Part shown: piece after piece, positions 37,454 to 46,404 of the stretch
Numbering within the stretch: the stretch's first letter is position 1
Layout: every line of letters begins with the position of its first letter
IMG/VR virus record: IMGVR_UViG_3300032232_001117
Location: 1-58,649 of that record
Strand: one strand, 5' to 3'
Length of the DNA stretch: 58,649 bases
Source of the DNA: a virus
Taxonomy: Duplodnaviria; Caudoviricetes
Notes under the pieces: model-generated
What the model was told of the DNA's origin: nothing
Seen by the model: the letters and a program-made list of their open reading frames with translations, nothing else
Databases searched by the model: none
Program-made: the position numbers and the translations under genes

Positions 37454-37469
37454 TGTTTCACGGGAAACA
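37454..37469. promoter_or_regulatory. parS-like site
   Basis: TGTTTCACGGGAAACA, 15/16 match to the bacterial parS consensus TGTTTCACGTGAAACA. Confidence 0.7.
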
Positions 37470-37620
37470 TTAGGCATACCTAACAGGGGTGTGTCAAGGT
37501 AACTTGATTAGCGACGCCTGCAGCCCCGACTCGGTTTCTTGCGCCGACGGGAATAAACAGGAGGCCGGGGCTCTCACCCCGACCTCTGTGTTACTGAACC
37601 TATTACGGTGGTGGAAAGGA

Positions 37621-37935
37621 CTAGTCCTTGACAGCCCAGACCCGTGATGGGCGACCTGGTCCCGTTTTCTTGTTTGCCTTCTCCACGACTTTTAGTCTGC
37701 CGTCACCTGCTAGTGCTTCTAGTCGCTTTGTGGTGTTCGCCTTGTCCATGTCCAGTATGTTGGAGATGTCCGAAGTTCGTGCTTCGCCGAGAAGTGCGAC
37801 TGCTAAATACACGGCTTCGTGGCGAGTTAGGTTGGCAAAGAGTGCGTCACGGAGAGCCGAGAAGTTAGACACAGTTGCCACTTTACGACCACCGACACGC
37901 AACTCGTTCTTGTTGAGTGTGATGTTGTTATTCAT
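37621..37935 (-). CDS. Winged-helix DNA-binding protein (TrmB/MarR-like)
   Basis: LTRHEAVYLA...GEARTSDIS..L.MDKANT...L..L...G......GRP...W. Confidence 0.75.
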   Translation of the reverse strand: MNNNITLNKNELRVGGRKVATVSNFSALRDALFANLTRHEAVYLAVALLGEARTSDISNILDMDKANTTKRLEALAGDGRLKVVEKANKKTGPGRPSRVWAVKD

Positions 37936-37998
37936 ACTTCATTATGCCGTCTAAGGGTAGAAACAACAACCTTGTTCTACATTATTTATTCACGGCTG

Positions 37999-38187
37999 TC
38001 AGAACAGGGGAAGTTGTTGGTCTTCTTCTCGGGGCTGACAAATCTCGTGAACATACCGATAGTGGTTGGTGTCCAACTTCTTGATGTTGTTTGTTGCGCC
38101 CTTCACCCAACCAGTAACAAGGTGTAACACGCTGTTCTGCTTTGGGTCTACTTCGTGCATACAAATCTCGCAAATAAATCGTGCCAT
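37999..38187 (-). CDS. Small Zn-binding protein
   Basis: CEIC...HEIC. Confidence 0.6.
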   Translation of the reverse strand: MARFICEICMHEVDPKQNSVLHLVTGWVKGATNNIKKLDTNHYRYVHEICQPREEDQQLPLF

Positions 38188-38335
38188 GTAGCCCCGAGTC
38201 TAGAAGTGTTTGATTGTGTAGGCAACCACAACGAATATAAATACTGCTGATGCGTAAACTAAAAATGATTCCATTCTGTTCTCCTTTGTTCGTCTTTGAA
38301 TACTAATGACCGGGACTGTCGGTTCTGAGAAAGTC

Positions 38336-38533
38336 TCAGTTGCTGAAACTCCAGTCGTCACGGACGATGTCGTAGGTCTCAGCCCACAGTTCGCCTTTGT
38401 ACTGACTGATTTCCTCTGTCTCCTCAATGAAGCGAGAAGCGAAGATGAGGGGGCACATACGGAAGGCGTAGCGCACAAGGACGGAAGCCAACGCAAAGCG
38501 AAGGCAAGATAGACGGGATGGATAATTGCTCAT
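38336..38533 (-). CDS. Hypothetical protein
   Basis: Leaderless ATG after a promoter element. Confidence 0.6.
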   Translation of the reverse strand: MSNYPSRLSCLRFALASVLVRYAFRMCPLIFASRFIEETEEISQYKGELWAETYDIVRDDWSFSN

Positions 38534-38571
38534 ACCTCATTATGCCGTATAAGCAACAATAATCCAACTTG

Positions 38572-38886
38572 TTAGTCAATAAAGTTTTCGGGCAAAAATG
38601 GAGTTACGAATGGCTCGCAATCCTCAAACACTAAGTCTCTCTCACCGATGCTCATCGGCTTCCTGCCCTCAGCCCCGGCTTGAACACATAACTCAATCAT
38701 GTTCAAACCATCTAGTCGGGACTTGTCTTCTACACAATCTATGGCGACATGTAGGGAGAGGTGCATGTCCGAGCACAGTATTTGTAGTTCAATGAGACGA
38801 CTCAAGCAGTCGTCTAACAACTCGCCTAAAGGCCCCGCCTCTCGCATTTCAAGCAGACGGTCAATGAATTCACTATTACTAAGCAT
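38572..38886 (-). CDS. Hypothetical protein
   Basis: 104-aa ORF whose stop abuts the next promoter element. Confidence 0.6.
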   Translation of the reverse strand: MLSNSEFIDRLLEMREAGPLGELLDDCLSRLIELQILCSDMHLSLHVAIDCVEDKSRLDGLNMIELCVQAGAEGRKPMSIGERDLVFEDCEPFVTPFLPENFID

Positions 38887-39020
38887 GTTCTACACAGTAC
38901 CCACACATTGTCGTAAACACAAACACGGGGCTGCGGGGTACAAGAATGTGTATGTCGGAGCCCTAGCCCCTGTCTCCCCTAGCCTGTCGTGTCCGAGGAC
39001 TTTGGGGAGCGTGGGGGGCT

Positions 39021-39152
39021 CTATTCCTCCCATTCGTGCGGGGGGAAGTCACCGTTCTCGTCTTCAAGGCACAGCATTTCTCCTGCCCTGTCGTACCATT
39101 GCGCATAAGTCCAACCGCACTTGCAGATTGTATCGTCTGTTACATATTCCAT
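39021..39152 (-). CDS. 43-aa Cys/His microprotein (paralog of 33428..33544)
   Basis: GGAGGAGG RBS; CKCGWTY.QW...MLC...HEWEE. Confidence 0.7.
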   Translation of the reverse strand: MEYVTDDTICKCGWTYAQWYDRAGEMLCLEDENGDFPPHEWEE

Positions 39153-39205
39153 ATTTACCTCCTCCCCCCCAGTATGCCGTATAAGAGTAAAAAACACAAC
39201 ATTAG

Positions 39206-39226
39206 TTATCCACAGATTTTTCCACA
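39206..39226 (+). promoter_or_regulatory. Two tandem DnaA boxes
   Basis: TTATCCACA 39206, TTTTCCACA 39218. Confidence 0.75.
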
Positions 39227-39608
39227 GGCGCACCCAATAACCAACGCACGCGCGCGATGCCGGGGCTATCGCCTGCGTGCGTTTATGTCTACACAGCGAA
39301 AGCACGCTTCGGCTCTCTCGTCCTCGTTATCACACAGCATTACGCCCGACGCCTGAGCCCCGGTCAGTTCGTAAAGACGCACATACCTTGCGTGTTCTGT
39401 TTCGTATGGTTTTCCTGTCAGTTTGTCTATCATTCTTTTTCCTCATAATCAGGGAAGTAGCAGTCCCTGTTGATACAGCCACCTTGCGACACACAGTCGT
39501 CATAGTAGGCACAGCCTGAACCACCAAGTCCTGAGTGTTCCGTCGTCTCGGGGCTCCTACCCGAACGCTTGCCCACCTTGTAGGCGACGAGGTTAGAGAT
39601 AAGCCCCA

Positions 39609-39929
39609 TTACTTACCCCCTACTTTCATTGTTCCGTAGTTCGGCTTGATTTCCTTTGCGATGTACGCACCGAGACTGTCAGCCGTGAGTAATCCAAAGA
39701 TTACCGTGTACGGCACTTCCTCGTACCAGTAGAAACGACTGGAACTCTTGTAGCGCACGACAAGCATCTTGTCTGCGACACAGTAGTTCCAGTAGGCGAT
39801 TGCTTCGCTGTGCTTGGGGCAAGAGCAAATGCTTGTGGCGCTCGCCATTGCTGTTTCGCCGTTTGCGTAGGTGATAAAGTCAAGACCTTCTGTGGTCGTG
39901 TCGTGGGTGAGTGTTGCTGTAACTGTCAT
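39609..39929 (-). CDS. KTSC-domain-like protein
   Basis: SEAI...Y......LVVRYK....Y.YE.VP...F.LL.ADSLG.YIAKEIKP.Y. Confidence 0.75.
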   Translation of the reverse strand: MTVTATLTHDTTTEGLDFITYANGETAMASATSICSCPKHSEAIAYWNYCVADKMLVVRYKSSSRFYWYEEVPYTVIFGLLTADSLGAYIAKEIKPNYGTMKVGGK

Positions 39930-39982
39930 ACCACCATTGTGCCTTGTAAGGCATAGATACACAACCTTTCTACAACAAATAG

Positions 39983-40007
39983 TTTTCCACAACTTTCCTG
40001 TGGATAA
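39983..40007. promoter_or_regulatory. Inverted DnaA-box pair
   Basis: TTTTCCACA 39983 and TGTGGATAA 39999. Confidence 0.7.
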
Positions 40008-40120
40008 CTATGGGGCAGAAGCCCCGACCTGCGAGAAGGAAAAATGAACAAAAAACTCGCAAGCCGGGGCCCCTACGCCGACCTTGTGTTACCTGAAACG
40101 ATAACGGTGGTGGAAAGCCC

Positions 40121-40588
40121 TTACCAAGACGATTGGTAAGTGAACTCCCAGTTCTCGTACTGTGGCGATAGGCAGGTGTTCACGATTTCCACGGTTTCCT
40201 GTAGCCCCGTGAAGTACCAGTCATCATAATCCGTTGAGCCAAAGAAGAACCCACTCCCTGTCGGTAGTAACTCATCAGCAAGGCTGTGGTCGGCAATGAC
40301 TTTTTCACAGAGTTCTTTTAGTTCTGTAAGACCTTCACGACTGACAAAGTATTCAGCGCAGTTATCTTCACCTTCCTGAACATTGTCTACGAACCACTTG
40401 TGGATTGCGTTCTCTTTGCGCCAGTAGCCAACCGATACTGAAACGGTTGCTGTTGGCAGAGTTTTCTCTCTCACGGCTGGTGAGCCGACTGCCGTAATGA
40501 TTTTATCGTAGGTGGTACGGCTACCTTCGGGTGCGTGTTCGCCCCCGACTACGAGTGTTTTTGCTGTTAGATATTGGTCAAGTCCCAT
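40121..40588 (-). CDS. Conserved phage protein (MGLDQYL...YWRK.NAIH.WFV...LPT.SGFFFGS..YD.WY...Y.SSW)
   Basis: Widespread phage family pattern; leaderless ATG. Confidence 0.85.
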   Translation of the reverse strand: MGLDQYLTAKTLVVGGEHAPEGSRTTYDKIITAVGSPAVREKTLPTATVSVSVGYWRKENAIHKWFVDNVQEGEDNCAEYFVSREGLTELKELCEKVIADHSLADELLPTGSGFFFGSTDYDDWYFTGLQETVEIVNTCLSPQYENWEFTYQSSW

Positions 40589-40612
40589 GTGTTCATTATG
40601 CCTTGTAAGAAA

Positions 40613-40834
40613 CTAGGCAACAACCTCTTCCCAATAATCTTCTCGGTAAATTAGTCCAAGCGAGGAACCACAGTCCCACTTGACATGGACAGTACCCAAG
40701 TCGTCTACCGACAAGACTGTGCCTTCTGCCCCGGGATTTAGTTTCGTGTAAGGGTCGCTTGAACTAACAAGACGGACACGCTTGCCCTTCATTTCTTTGA
40801 GGTGAGCGAGAACGCTCGGAAGAATGTCACGCAT
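40613..40834 (-). CDS. DUF4314 domain protein
   Basis: GKRVRL....DPY..L.PG.EGTV..VDDLGTVHVKWD.GSSLGLI...D. Confidence 0.85.
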   Translation of the reverse strand: MRDILPSVLAHLKEMKGKRVRLVSSSDPYTKLNPGAEGTVLSVDDLGTVHVKWDCGSSLGLIYREDYWEEVVA

Positions 40835-41006
40835 AAACCCACCCCTCAGGACGGTCTTTCTCGTGCTTGTCCTCTCGCAAGATGTATCCAGCGAGAATTG
40901 CCACCACAATGCCTGTGGGGTTCTCGTCTATGATTTTCTGCGCTTCGGCGTATGCCTCTGTTGATGTCATGTAATTGTGTTGTGTTGATGCCATGTAGTT
41001 ACTCAT
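40827..41006 (-). CDS. Small hypothetical protein
   Basis: Leaderless ATG after a promoter element. Confidence 0.65.
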   Translation of the reverse strand: MSNYMASTQHNYMTSTEAYAEAQKIIDENPTGIVVAILAGYILREDKHEKDRPEGWVYA

Positions 41007-41042
41007 ACATTCATTGTGCCTTGTAAGCGACAAGAAAACAAC

Positions 41043-41447
41043 CTAAGTAATTGTATTATTTACTTTTTGACACGGGCAGGGTCGCACTTCCCATGTGAGT
41101 TCGTGCGTTCCAAGATAAACAGTTGCTCCCCCACAGCCTGAACACGGGACTTCTTCGTCCCACTTCCACGCCCACGCACAGCAAGGTGCTCCACTCTCAA
41201 AGTTCTCGTTCGGGTGTCCACCCCTAGACGGCAGGAGTTTGCTGGCGAGCCCCGACATCGTCGTCATGAAAGTGACAGAACAGTCGTGGCAAATAGTAAG
41301 CCAATTTTGTTCAGGTGGATAACAGTCAAAAAAACCTGCGTAATAACCAAGCGAGTCTTTGTCAAAAGTCATTCCTGCTATTGGCAATGAAACATCGTTC
41401 CAAACCCTCGGGGCTTCGCCCCCACAGTTGTCGCAGATAACAGTCAT
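41043..41447 (-). CDS. Cys-rich hypothetical protein
   Basis: CDNC, CHDC, CSGC, CPC. Confidence 0.65.
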   Translation of the reverse strand: MTVICDNCGGEAPRVWNDVSLPIAGMTFDKDSLGYYAGFFDCYPPEQNWLTICHDCSVTFMTTMSGLASKLLPSRGGHPNENFESGAPCCAWAWKWDEEVPCSGCGGATVYLGTHELTWEVRPCPCQKVNNTIT

Positions 41448-41626
41448 TGGCGTACCTCGCCCATCTCTCCACATTGGAGACACATAAATGTAACACCACT
41501 CCACCCGTCTACTTCGGGGTCTACTGGAGCCCCGTACGGGTCGCAGGGGACAAACCCGTCACCTTGCGAGGTGTTGCGACAAGTACAGACTAGAAAGCCT
41601 GTGCGAGAGAGTGCGTAATCAAGCAC
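41444..41626 (-). CDS. Small Zn-ribbon protein
   Basis: CTC.NT...DGF.PCD..G...CLQCG. Confidence 0.65.
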   Translation of the reverse strand: MLDYALSRTGFLVCTCRNTSQGDGFVPCDPYGAPVDPEVDGWSGVTFMCLQCGEMGEVRQ

Positions 41627-41858
41627 GCGCTCCTGCTTCCATTGCTGGCGTTTTCCAGTAGGGCTTCATCTTTTCCGTGAACTCGGCGAGAATGGTTGTC
41701 ATGCGCTCGGAAGGAATGTTGTGTTGTTCCCATGAGCCGTTTTCCATTTCGTCAGTTAGGTTCAACACAGCCTCTTCGCCAGTTGTGGCAAGAGAAAAGT
41801 AGTGTTCGTCAATGATGTCAATGATTTCTGAGTTGGTGAATGTTGAAAAGTCGGTCAT
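41619..41858 (-). CDS. Acidic hypothetical protein
   Basis: Leaderless ATG after a promoter element. Confidence 0.7.
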   Translation of the reverse strand: MTDFSTFTNSEIIDIIDEHYFSLATTGEEAVLNLTDEMENGSWEQHNIPSERMTTILAEFTEKMKPYWKTPAMEAGARA

Positions 41859-42159
41859 AAGTACATTATGCCTTGTAAGGGCAGAAAGCACAACCTCTTT
41901 CTTAGACAGCATTTGCTCGCCTGTAACCCGAGAAAGAGAGACTATTCTCCCATAGCCGTCGCCGGCCCCGGCTTGCTTGCGCTTACTGAAACCGTTACGG
42001 TGGTGGAAGAGTCTCATCGTTCTTCTCCACACACATAACAATGGTTACTTCTAGACCATGCGTGAGTACAGTCCATCGGAACTTCCTTTGAGAACATTCC
42101 TGACCAGTCCGACTTGGCGATAAGCCAACCCAAAGCGAAACAATAAATGTACCAACCCA

Positions 42160-42540
42160 TTAGAGGCTACTCGTTCTCATTGCTTCATCAGCGTTCTCTT
42201 TCCAAAGAAAGTATTGCTGGCGCACAGACTGTGCTACCCATTCGGGAATGTCGTATTCGTTTCCGTCATACTCATCTGTTGGAGAGAAAGAGCCGAACAG
42301 GATTACATCACCACAGATTACCTGACCAAAGATAATGGAACAGATTGGGTTGAATGGAAGTCCGTCAATAAGACCTGTGTCATTTACATAGCCGTGAAAC
42401 TTCTCGCCACGCACGCAGTCAAACCAGTCACCTCTTGGTGAGGCGACAACTTCTTTGATTGTTGAAAAGGTTTCGCCCTGTGGGATTTCACGGATAGTGG
42501 GCGTGCTTCCGTCTGCTTTGATAATAAGTGCTGTTGTCAT
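42160..42540 (-). CDS. DUF3846 domain protein
   Basis: ALIIKADG...YVNDTGLIDGLPFNP...ICGDVILFG. Confidence 0.8.
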   Translation of the reverse strand: MTTALIIKADGSTPTIREIPQGETFSTIKEVVASPRGDWFDCVRGEKFHGYVNDTGLIDGLPFNPICSIIFGQVICGDVILFGSFSPTDEYDGNEYDIPEWVAQSVRQQYFLWKENADEAMRTSSL

Positions 42541-42799
42541 AAATACATTATGCCTTGTAAGTCGTATCAACACAACTTGACAACCAAAAAACTGAGATTT
42601 TTGTTTTTGTCTGGGTGGCGACGAAGGGCGTACATTTTGCCGTGTAAGAACCATTCCCACAACCTCACTAACAATAAAAGTTTTTGAGCCGAGAAACGGG
42701 GCCTTCGCCCTCTTGCGAGGAGGGGCGACTTGCTAGGCGATGCCGACTACGACATTCTTACTCGGGTATCATTGCGAGCCTAGTTGTGCGAGGTGGGGA

Positions 42800-43216
42800 C
42801 TAAGCCCCGAGCCTCGCAAGACAGTCACCAAGTGCTTCCCACAGAGAACCCTGTGCTTCTTCTTCTTCGTATTCCACTTCGTCACGGCTTTCTAACTTGA
42901 CGGCAGAACAGAACTCTTGTGCTGTACGGCAAACGACAAGCGCACAACGCTGGCGTTCGGGGTGTTCGGAAGGTCGCCCCTCTACTTCTCCGTTTTCGTT
43001 AGTTGGCGCAGCCCAACCAGTTGTGTGTACGGCGAGACCGATAATGGTGTGGTTTTCGGGGAACTCGCAAGTTTCCAATAGTTCGTAAACATCTCGGTTG
43101 CGCCCGATTTCTACCGTTCCACCATTTATGGCGACTCCGTACAGGACTGCCTGTGCGAGTGTCATTGGTGTGTCGGTGATTATTTTTTCTGTGGTGGATT
43201 TTGCTATGTTGCTCAT
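42800..43216 (-). CDS. Hypothetical protein (related to 46401..46835)
   Basis: DVYELL...TTGWAAP...PSEHPERQRC...GSL.EAL. Confidence 0.75.
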   Translation of the reverse strand: MSNIAKSTTEKIITDTPMTLAQAVLYGVAINGGTVEIGRNRDVYELLETCEFPENHTIIGLAVHTTGWAAPTNENGEVEGRPSEHPERQRCALVVCRTAQEFCSAVKLESRDEVEYEEEEAQGSLWEALGDCLARLGA

Positions 43217-43258
43217 ACATCTATTATGCCGTGTAAGACATAAGAACACAACCTATCG

Positions 43259-43492
43259 TCAAGATTTTAGTTCTACTTTTTCTATAACTGCGTCAGCAAT
43301 CCACTCCGAGACCTGATGCCCCGCGTCTTCCCATTCGTCAAACTCTTTGCTTATTTCTGCCCACACTTCTGTGGTGAGAACTTCGTGTTCGTCGTCACGG
43401 TAGTCAAACTGCTCTTTGTCCCAATACAACACACACAGTTCATCCTCGGGGCTGTATCGGCTGAGCATCTCTAAGAGTGTCTTGACCTTCAT
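43259..43492 (-). CDS. Acidic hypothetical protein
   Basis: Coupled to the upstream ORF. Confidence 0.65.
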   Translation of the reverse strand: MKVKTLLEMLSRYSPEDELCVLYWDKEQFDYRDDEHEVLTTEVWAEISKEFDEWEDAGHQVSEWIADAVIEKVELKS

Positions 43493-43914
43493 TAGTACAA
43501 CCCCAATTCTTCACGCCGTTCTTCCGACACGGCTGTCAAGGTCGTTGCGCTACCCATTGCGTCATGGTGCGAGAGAGAATACTCAATTCTGTCGGCGTGT
43601 ACTTCGTAGGTCATGCGCCAGTCGCTACGGACTGTCATTCCCTCAATGAGGTCGGCAACCGTCTTGGCGTAAAAGTATCCACTACTCTCTCCGTCCCATA
43701 GGCGTAAGTTAGATACTTTCCACCAGTCGGTTTCGTTAGAGTTGCGAAGTTCTTCCGTGACCATTGCGAAGTCCTCAACGGCGTATTCCCAGCAGTCGCC
43801 GTAGCAAGTTGAGCCGTACTCGGTATCTACCGACTTTGTTTCTCCGTCTTCCTCATAGGTGAGGCAGGAGCAATTGTTTGTGATTTCGCCTTGTGCGATT
43901 ACTGTGTTGTTCAT
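43492..43914 (-). CDS. Hypothetical protein
   Basis: Leaderless ATG; CSC...C.GDCW...SHHD. Confidence 0.75.
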   Translation of the reverse strand: MNNTVIAQGEITNNCSCLTYEEDGETKSVDTEYGSTCYGDCWEYAVEDFAMVTEELRNSNETDWWKVSNLRLWDGESSGYFYAKTVADLIEGMTVRSDWRMTYEVHADRIEYSLSHHDAMGSATTLTAVSEERREELGLY

Positions 43915-43959
43915 ACCTTCATTATGCCTTGTAAGGAATAAAGAAACAACCTCGCCCGA

Positions 43960-44478
43960 CTACTTTCTCCAGTCGGTGAGTATCCCTTGGTATTGGAGCA
44001 AGGCTTCCTCAACTCCACAGTCGGAACAGATTTCGGTTGAGTCGTCCAAGCGTGAGACAGCCCCGGGGTACGCACCAGGCGTGTCATCGTTCGGAATGAA
44101 GTGAGTGCATCGTGGGCATTCTCGGAATTGTGACTTGGTTTTCTTTTCTCCGACAAGCGAGCCATCAGGATTAGTGATTCTCATGTCATCACCCTTGGAA
44201 CAAATGTTGTCACGAAGGACATAAGAGTTGGCCCCGGCATTGCCTGCGAACTCTTTGTCAAGCGAGTCTGCTTTCCAAACACAACGGTTGTTGTCTGTGC
44301 GAGTGTTGTTCACAAAGTCCACCATGTCTTGGAGTCGTGTGAACCTGATAGCAAGCGTGAACGGTCTGTCCACCTTCGCTCCAAGTTCTTTTTCTTTGAG
44401 TAGGTCTTCTACTGTTACGCCGTACTCATCGGCAATTTCTAACAGTTCGGTCAGTTTCTTCTGCAATTTCTTATCCAT
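43960..44478 (-). CDS. Hypothetical protein with C-terminal CPRC...YPGA.SR.D....ICS.CG..EAL Zn finger
   Basis: Leaderless ATG; Zn-finger motif. Confidence 0.75.
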   Translation of the reverse strand: MDKKLQKKLTELLEIADEYGVTVEDLLKEKELGAKVDRPFTLAIRFTRLQDMVDFVNNTRTDNNRCVWKADSLDKEFAGNAGANSYVLRDNICSKGDDMRITNPDGSLVGEKKTKSQFRECPRCTHFIPNDDTPGAYPGAVSRLDDSTEICSDCGVEEALLQYQGILTDWRK

Positions 44479-44506
44479 AATTCATTATGCCGTGTAAGCG
44501 ACAACC

Positions 44507-44836
44507 TCACAACCTCGCCCTGTAACTCTTTAGAGCCTCTTCGTAAGTTGAGTAATACTCGCCATTAGCGAATGACCAACCCTCAGGTCGGGCGACTAGT
44601 GTCCACACAATGAATGGGTGAATAATGGTTTCGTCCTTGCCGTATCCGTCTCGCTCACAAAAAACATTCCAAGTGGCGTAGGTGTCACCCTTTACTCGCT
44701 CACGGATTTTTTTGAACTCCACGATACGGACAAACTCATCTTCGGTGTACTCCATTGGGAGTTTCTCACAGATAACCCAATACTCGGGTTCTGTTGTTTC
44801 GTTGCTAAATAGCACTGCTTCTACTTGTGTTGTCAT
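44507..44836 (-). CDS. Hypothetical protein
   Basis: Leaderless ATG after a promoter element. Confidence 0.7.
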   Translation of the reverse strand: MTTQVEAVLFSNETTEPEYWVICEKLPMEYTEDEFVRIVEFKKIRERVKGDTYATWNVFCERDGYGKDETIIHPFIVWTLVARPEGWSFANGEYYSTYEEALKSYRARL

Positions 44837-44859
44837 ACTTTCATTATGCCTTGTAGTAA

Positions 44860-45150
44860 CTAAGACAACAACCCCTCGTTCATAATTTTTTTGACAGAGT
44901 AGAACAACAACTGCTCGTTCATAATTTCTTTGACCGAGTAGAAGTAGTCCCGAGTTTCTTCCCAAGTTGCTTCTGACCAGTCAAGTCCACCGTATTCAGC
45001 GTCAATGAGTTGCTTCGCCTCAGTTGCGTCACACTCCATAACAACCATCACGGAGACAAGTTGTGAGGGTGAGTAGCCAGCGTGCCGGGGCTCCGTCTCC
45101 AGTACCTCGTAATACTTCTTGCGACAGTCGTTGTCGTACTTAGTTTCCAT
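44860..45150 (-). CDS. Hypothetical protein with duplicated C-terminus
   Basis: FYSVKEIMNEQLL / FYSVKKIMNEGLL. Confidence 0.65.
   Translation of the reverse strand: METKYDNDCRKKYYEVLETEPRHAGYSPSQLVSVMVVMECDATEAKQLIDAEYGGLDWSEATWEETRDYFYSVKEIMNEQLLFYSVKKIMNEGLLS
44865..44942. repeat. 39-bp tandem duplication
   Basis: 44865-44903 and 44904-44942 are near-identical. Confidence 0.85.
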
Positions 45151-45338
45151 TAGAGTCCTGCCTTTTCTGCGAGGCTTGCGAGGTCTTTCCCTTGCTTCAT
45201 GAGTGCTTCTAACTCGTTTAGTGCTTTCTCAAACTCTTCATCAGTTTTTTCCCACGCATCGTTGAGGTCGTCTACTGCGTGAGGAATAAGCCTGAGGACT
45301 GTTTTCATTTTTGTGATTAGTTCGTTGTTTTCGTTCAT
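45150..45338 (-). CDS. Small helical protein
   Basis: Leaderless ATG after a promoter element. Confidence 0.7.
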   Translation of the reverse strand: MNENNELITKMKTVLRLIPHAVDDLNDAWEKTDEEFEKALNELEALMKQGKDLASLAEKAGL

Positions 45339-45369
45339 AGTTCAGTATGCCTTGTAAGCCGTAAGAACA

Positions 45370-45611
45370 CAACCTCTTGCGAAACACATAACTGAGGTTG
45401 CGAACCTCGCCACTCCTAGCCCGTCGGCAGGCTTGCATTACTAAGTGAAGAGGACGGATGTACGGAGCGAGGACGGGTACACCAGAGGGAGTAGGGAGTC
45501 TAGAACAAACGACTATCGTGGGTAGAGCCTTATCACCGACAGAGCCTTATCTGTGCAGAGTAAGCGCACCGAAGTGGGTGCTATGTATTTCGCAAGAGGT
45601 TGCCCTCTCAC
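45370..45611 (-). ncRNA. Putative ~240-nt structured non-coding RNA
   Basis: Has its own promoter element (45617); 21-bp terminal stem 45582-45602/45370-45390 with a U.G wobble only on the minus strand; cUUCGg hairpin; no ATG start. Confidence 0.6.
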
Positions 45612-45810
45612 ACTTCCATTGTGCCTTGTAAGGGTCACGAACACAACTTGGTGAGAAAGATTTACCCTAAGTTTCTGTACGCAACTATGTAGCACCGTAC
45701 CGATAGTAGGGCGCAGATGACCTGTAGCCCCGTCGGCAACGGCAGTAAAACTGGGTAGGAAAATGCCAGCCCAAGCAGGATTTGCCTGCCTACCGTCTTG
45801 TCTGAAACTG

Positions 45811-46404
45811 TCACGGTGACGGAAAGCCTTCCACGAGTTTGTTTAGGTCGCCTTCGTTCATACAAAAAGTTCGGAAAGTTCTAAAAACAAAAGGCACGAG
45901 TCCTTCGGGTGGTTCATCGGCATCCATCGGTTCATCCCAAACAGGCATACCGTCATCGCCGTAGTGATACAGCATCGTACGGCAAGCAGACTCGCCTTCC
46001 CATGTGAACACAGTAACGATTACGCCTTCTTTCACTTTGGATGAAGGGTTGGTCTTGAAGTCCCGTTCAAGAGAGCCACGCTCAAAAGCGTCAAGCGTTT
46101 CTACTTCACCAACAGTTTCTGTATCGCCACCGTTTGCGTATCCCTCAACGACATAAGCAAGCCAGTCCCAACGCATTGTTTCGTTCTTTTCTTGTAGCCC
46201 ACCGATTATCTTATTGAGAAGAATCGGCAAGTTCTCTGTTGGGTGTCCGTCAAGCGTGTCGGCGATAACAAAAGGCATCCCATTATAGTCAGTTCCCAAG
46301 ATGAATGGAATACCATCGTCGGGGCCCCCATTCTGTAAGCAGAGGTCGGTCTTGTATTCCCGACACTCACGACTGATACCGTCAAGAATGTCCGTCAGTT
46401 TCAT
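45811..46404 (-). CDS. Hypothetical protein
   Basis: 197-aa ORF; ATGA overlap with the upstream gene. Confidence 0.7.
   Translation of the reverse strand: MKLTDILDGISRECREYKTDLCLQNGGPDDGIPFILGTDYNGMPFVIADTLDGHPTENLPILLNKIIGGLQEKNETMRWDWLAYVVEGYANGGDTETVGEVETLDAFERGSLERDFKTNPSSKVKEGVIVTVFTWEGESACRTMLYHYGDDGMPVWDEPMDADEPPEGLVPFVFRTFRTFCMNEGDLNKLVEGFPSP

Noticed and set aside
45370-45611. Retron msr-msd (terminal inverted repeats followed by G)
   Set aside because: No reverse transcriptase in the window and no long msd hairpin; kept only as a generic ncRNA candidate.
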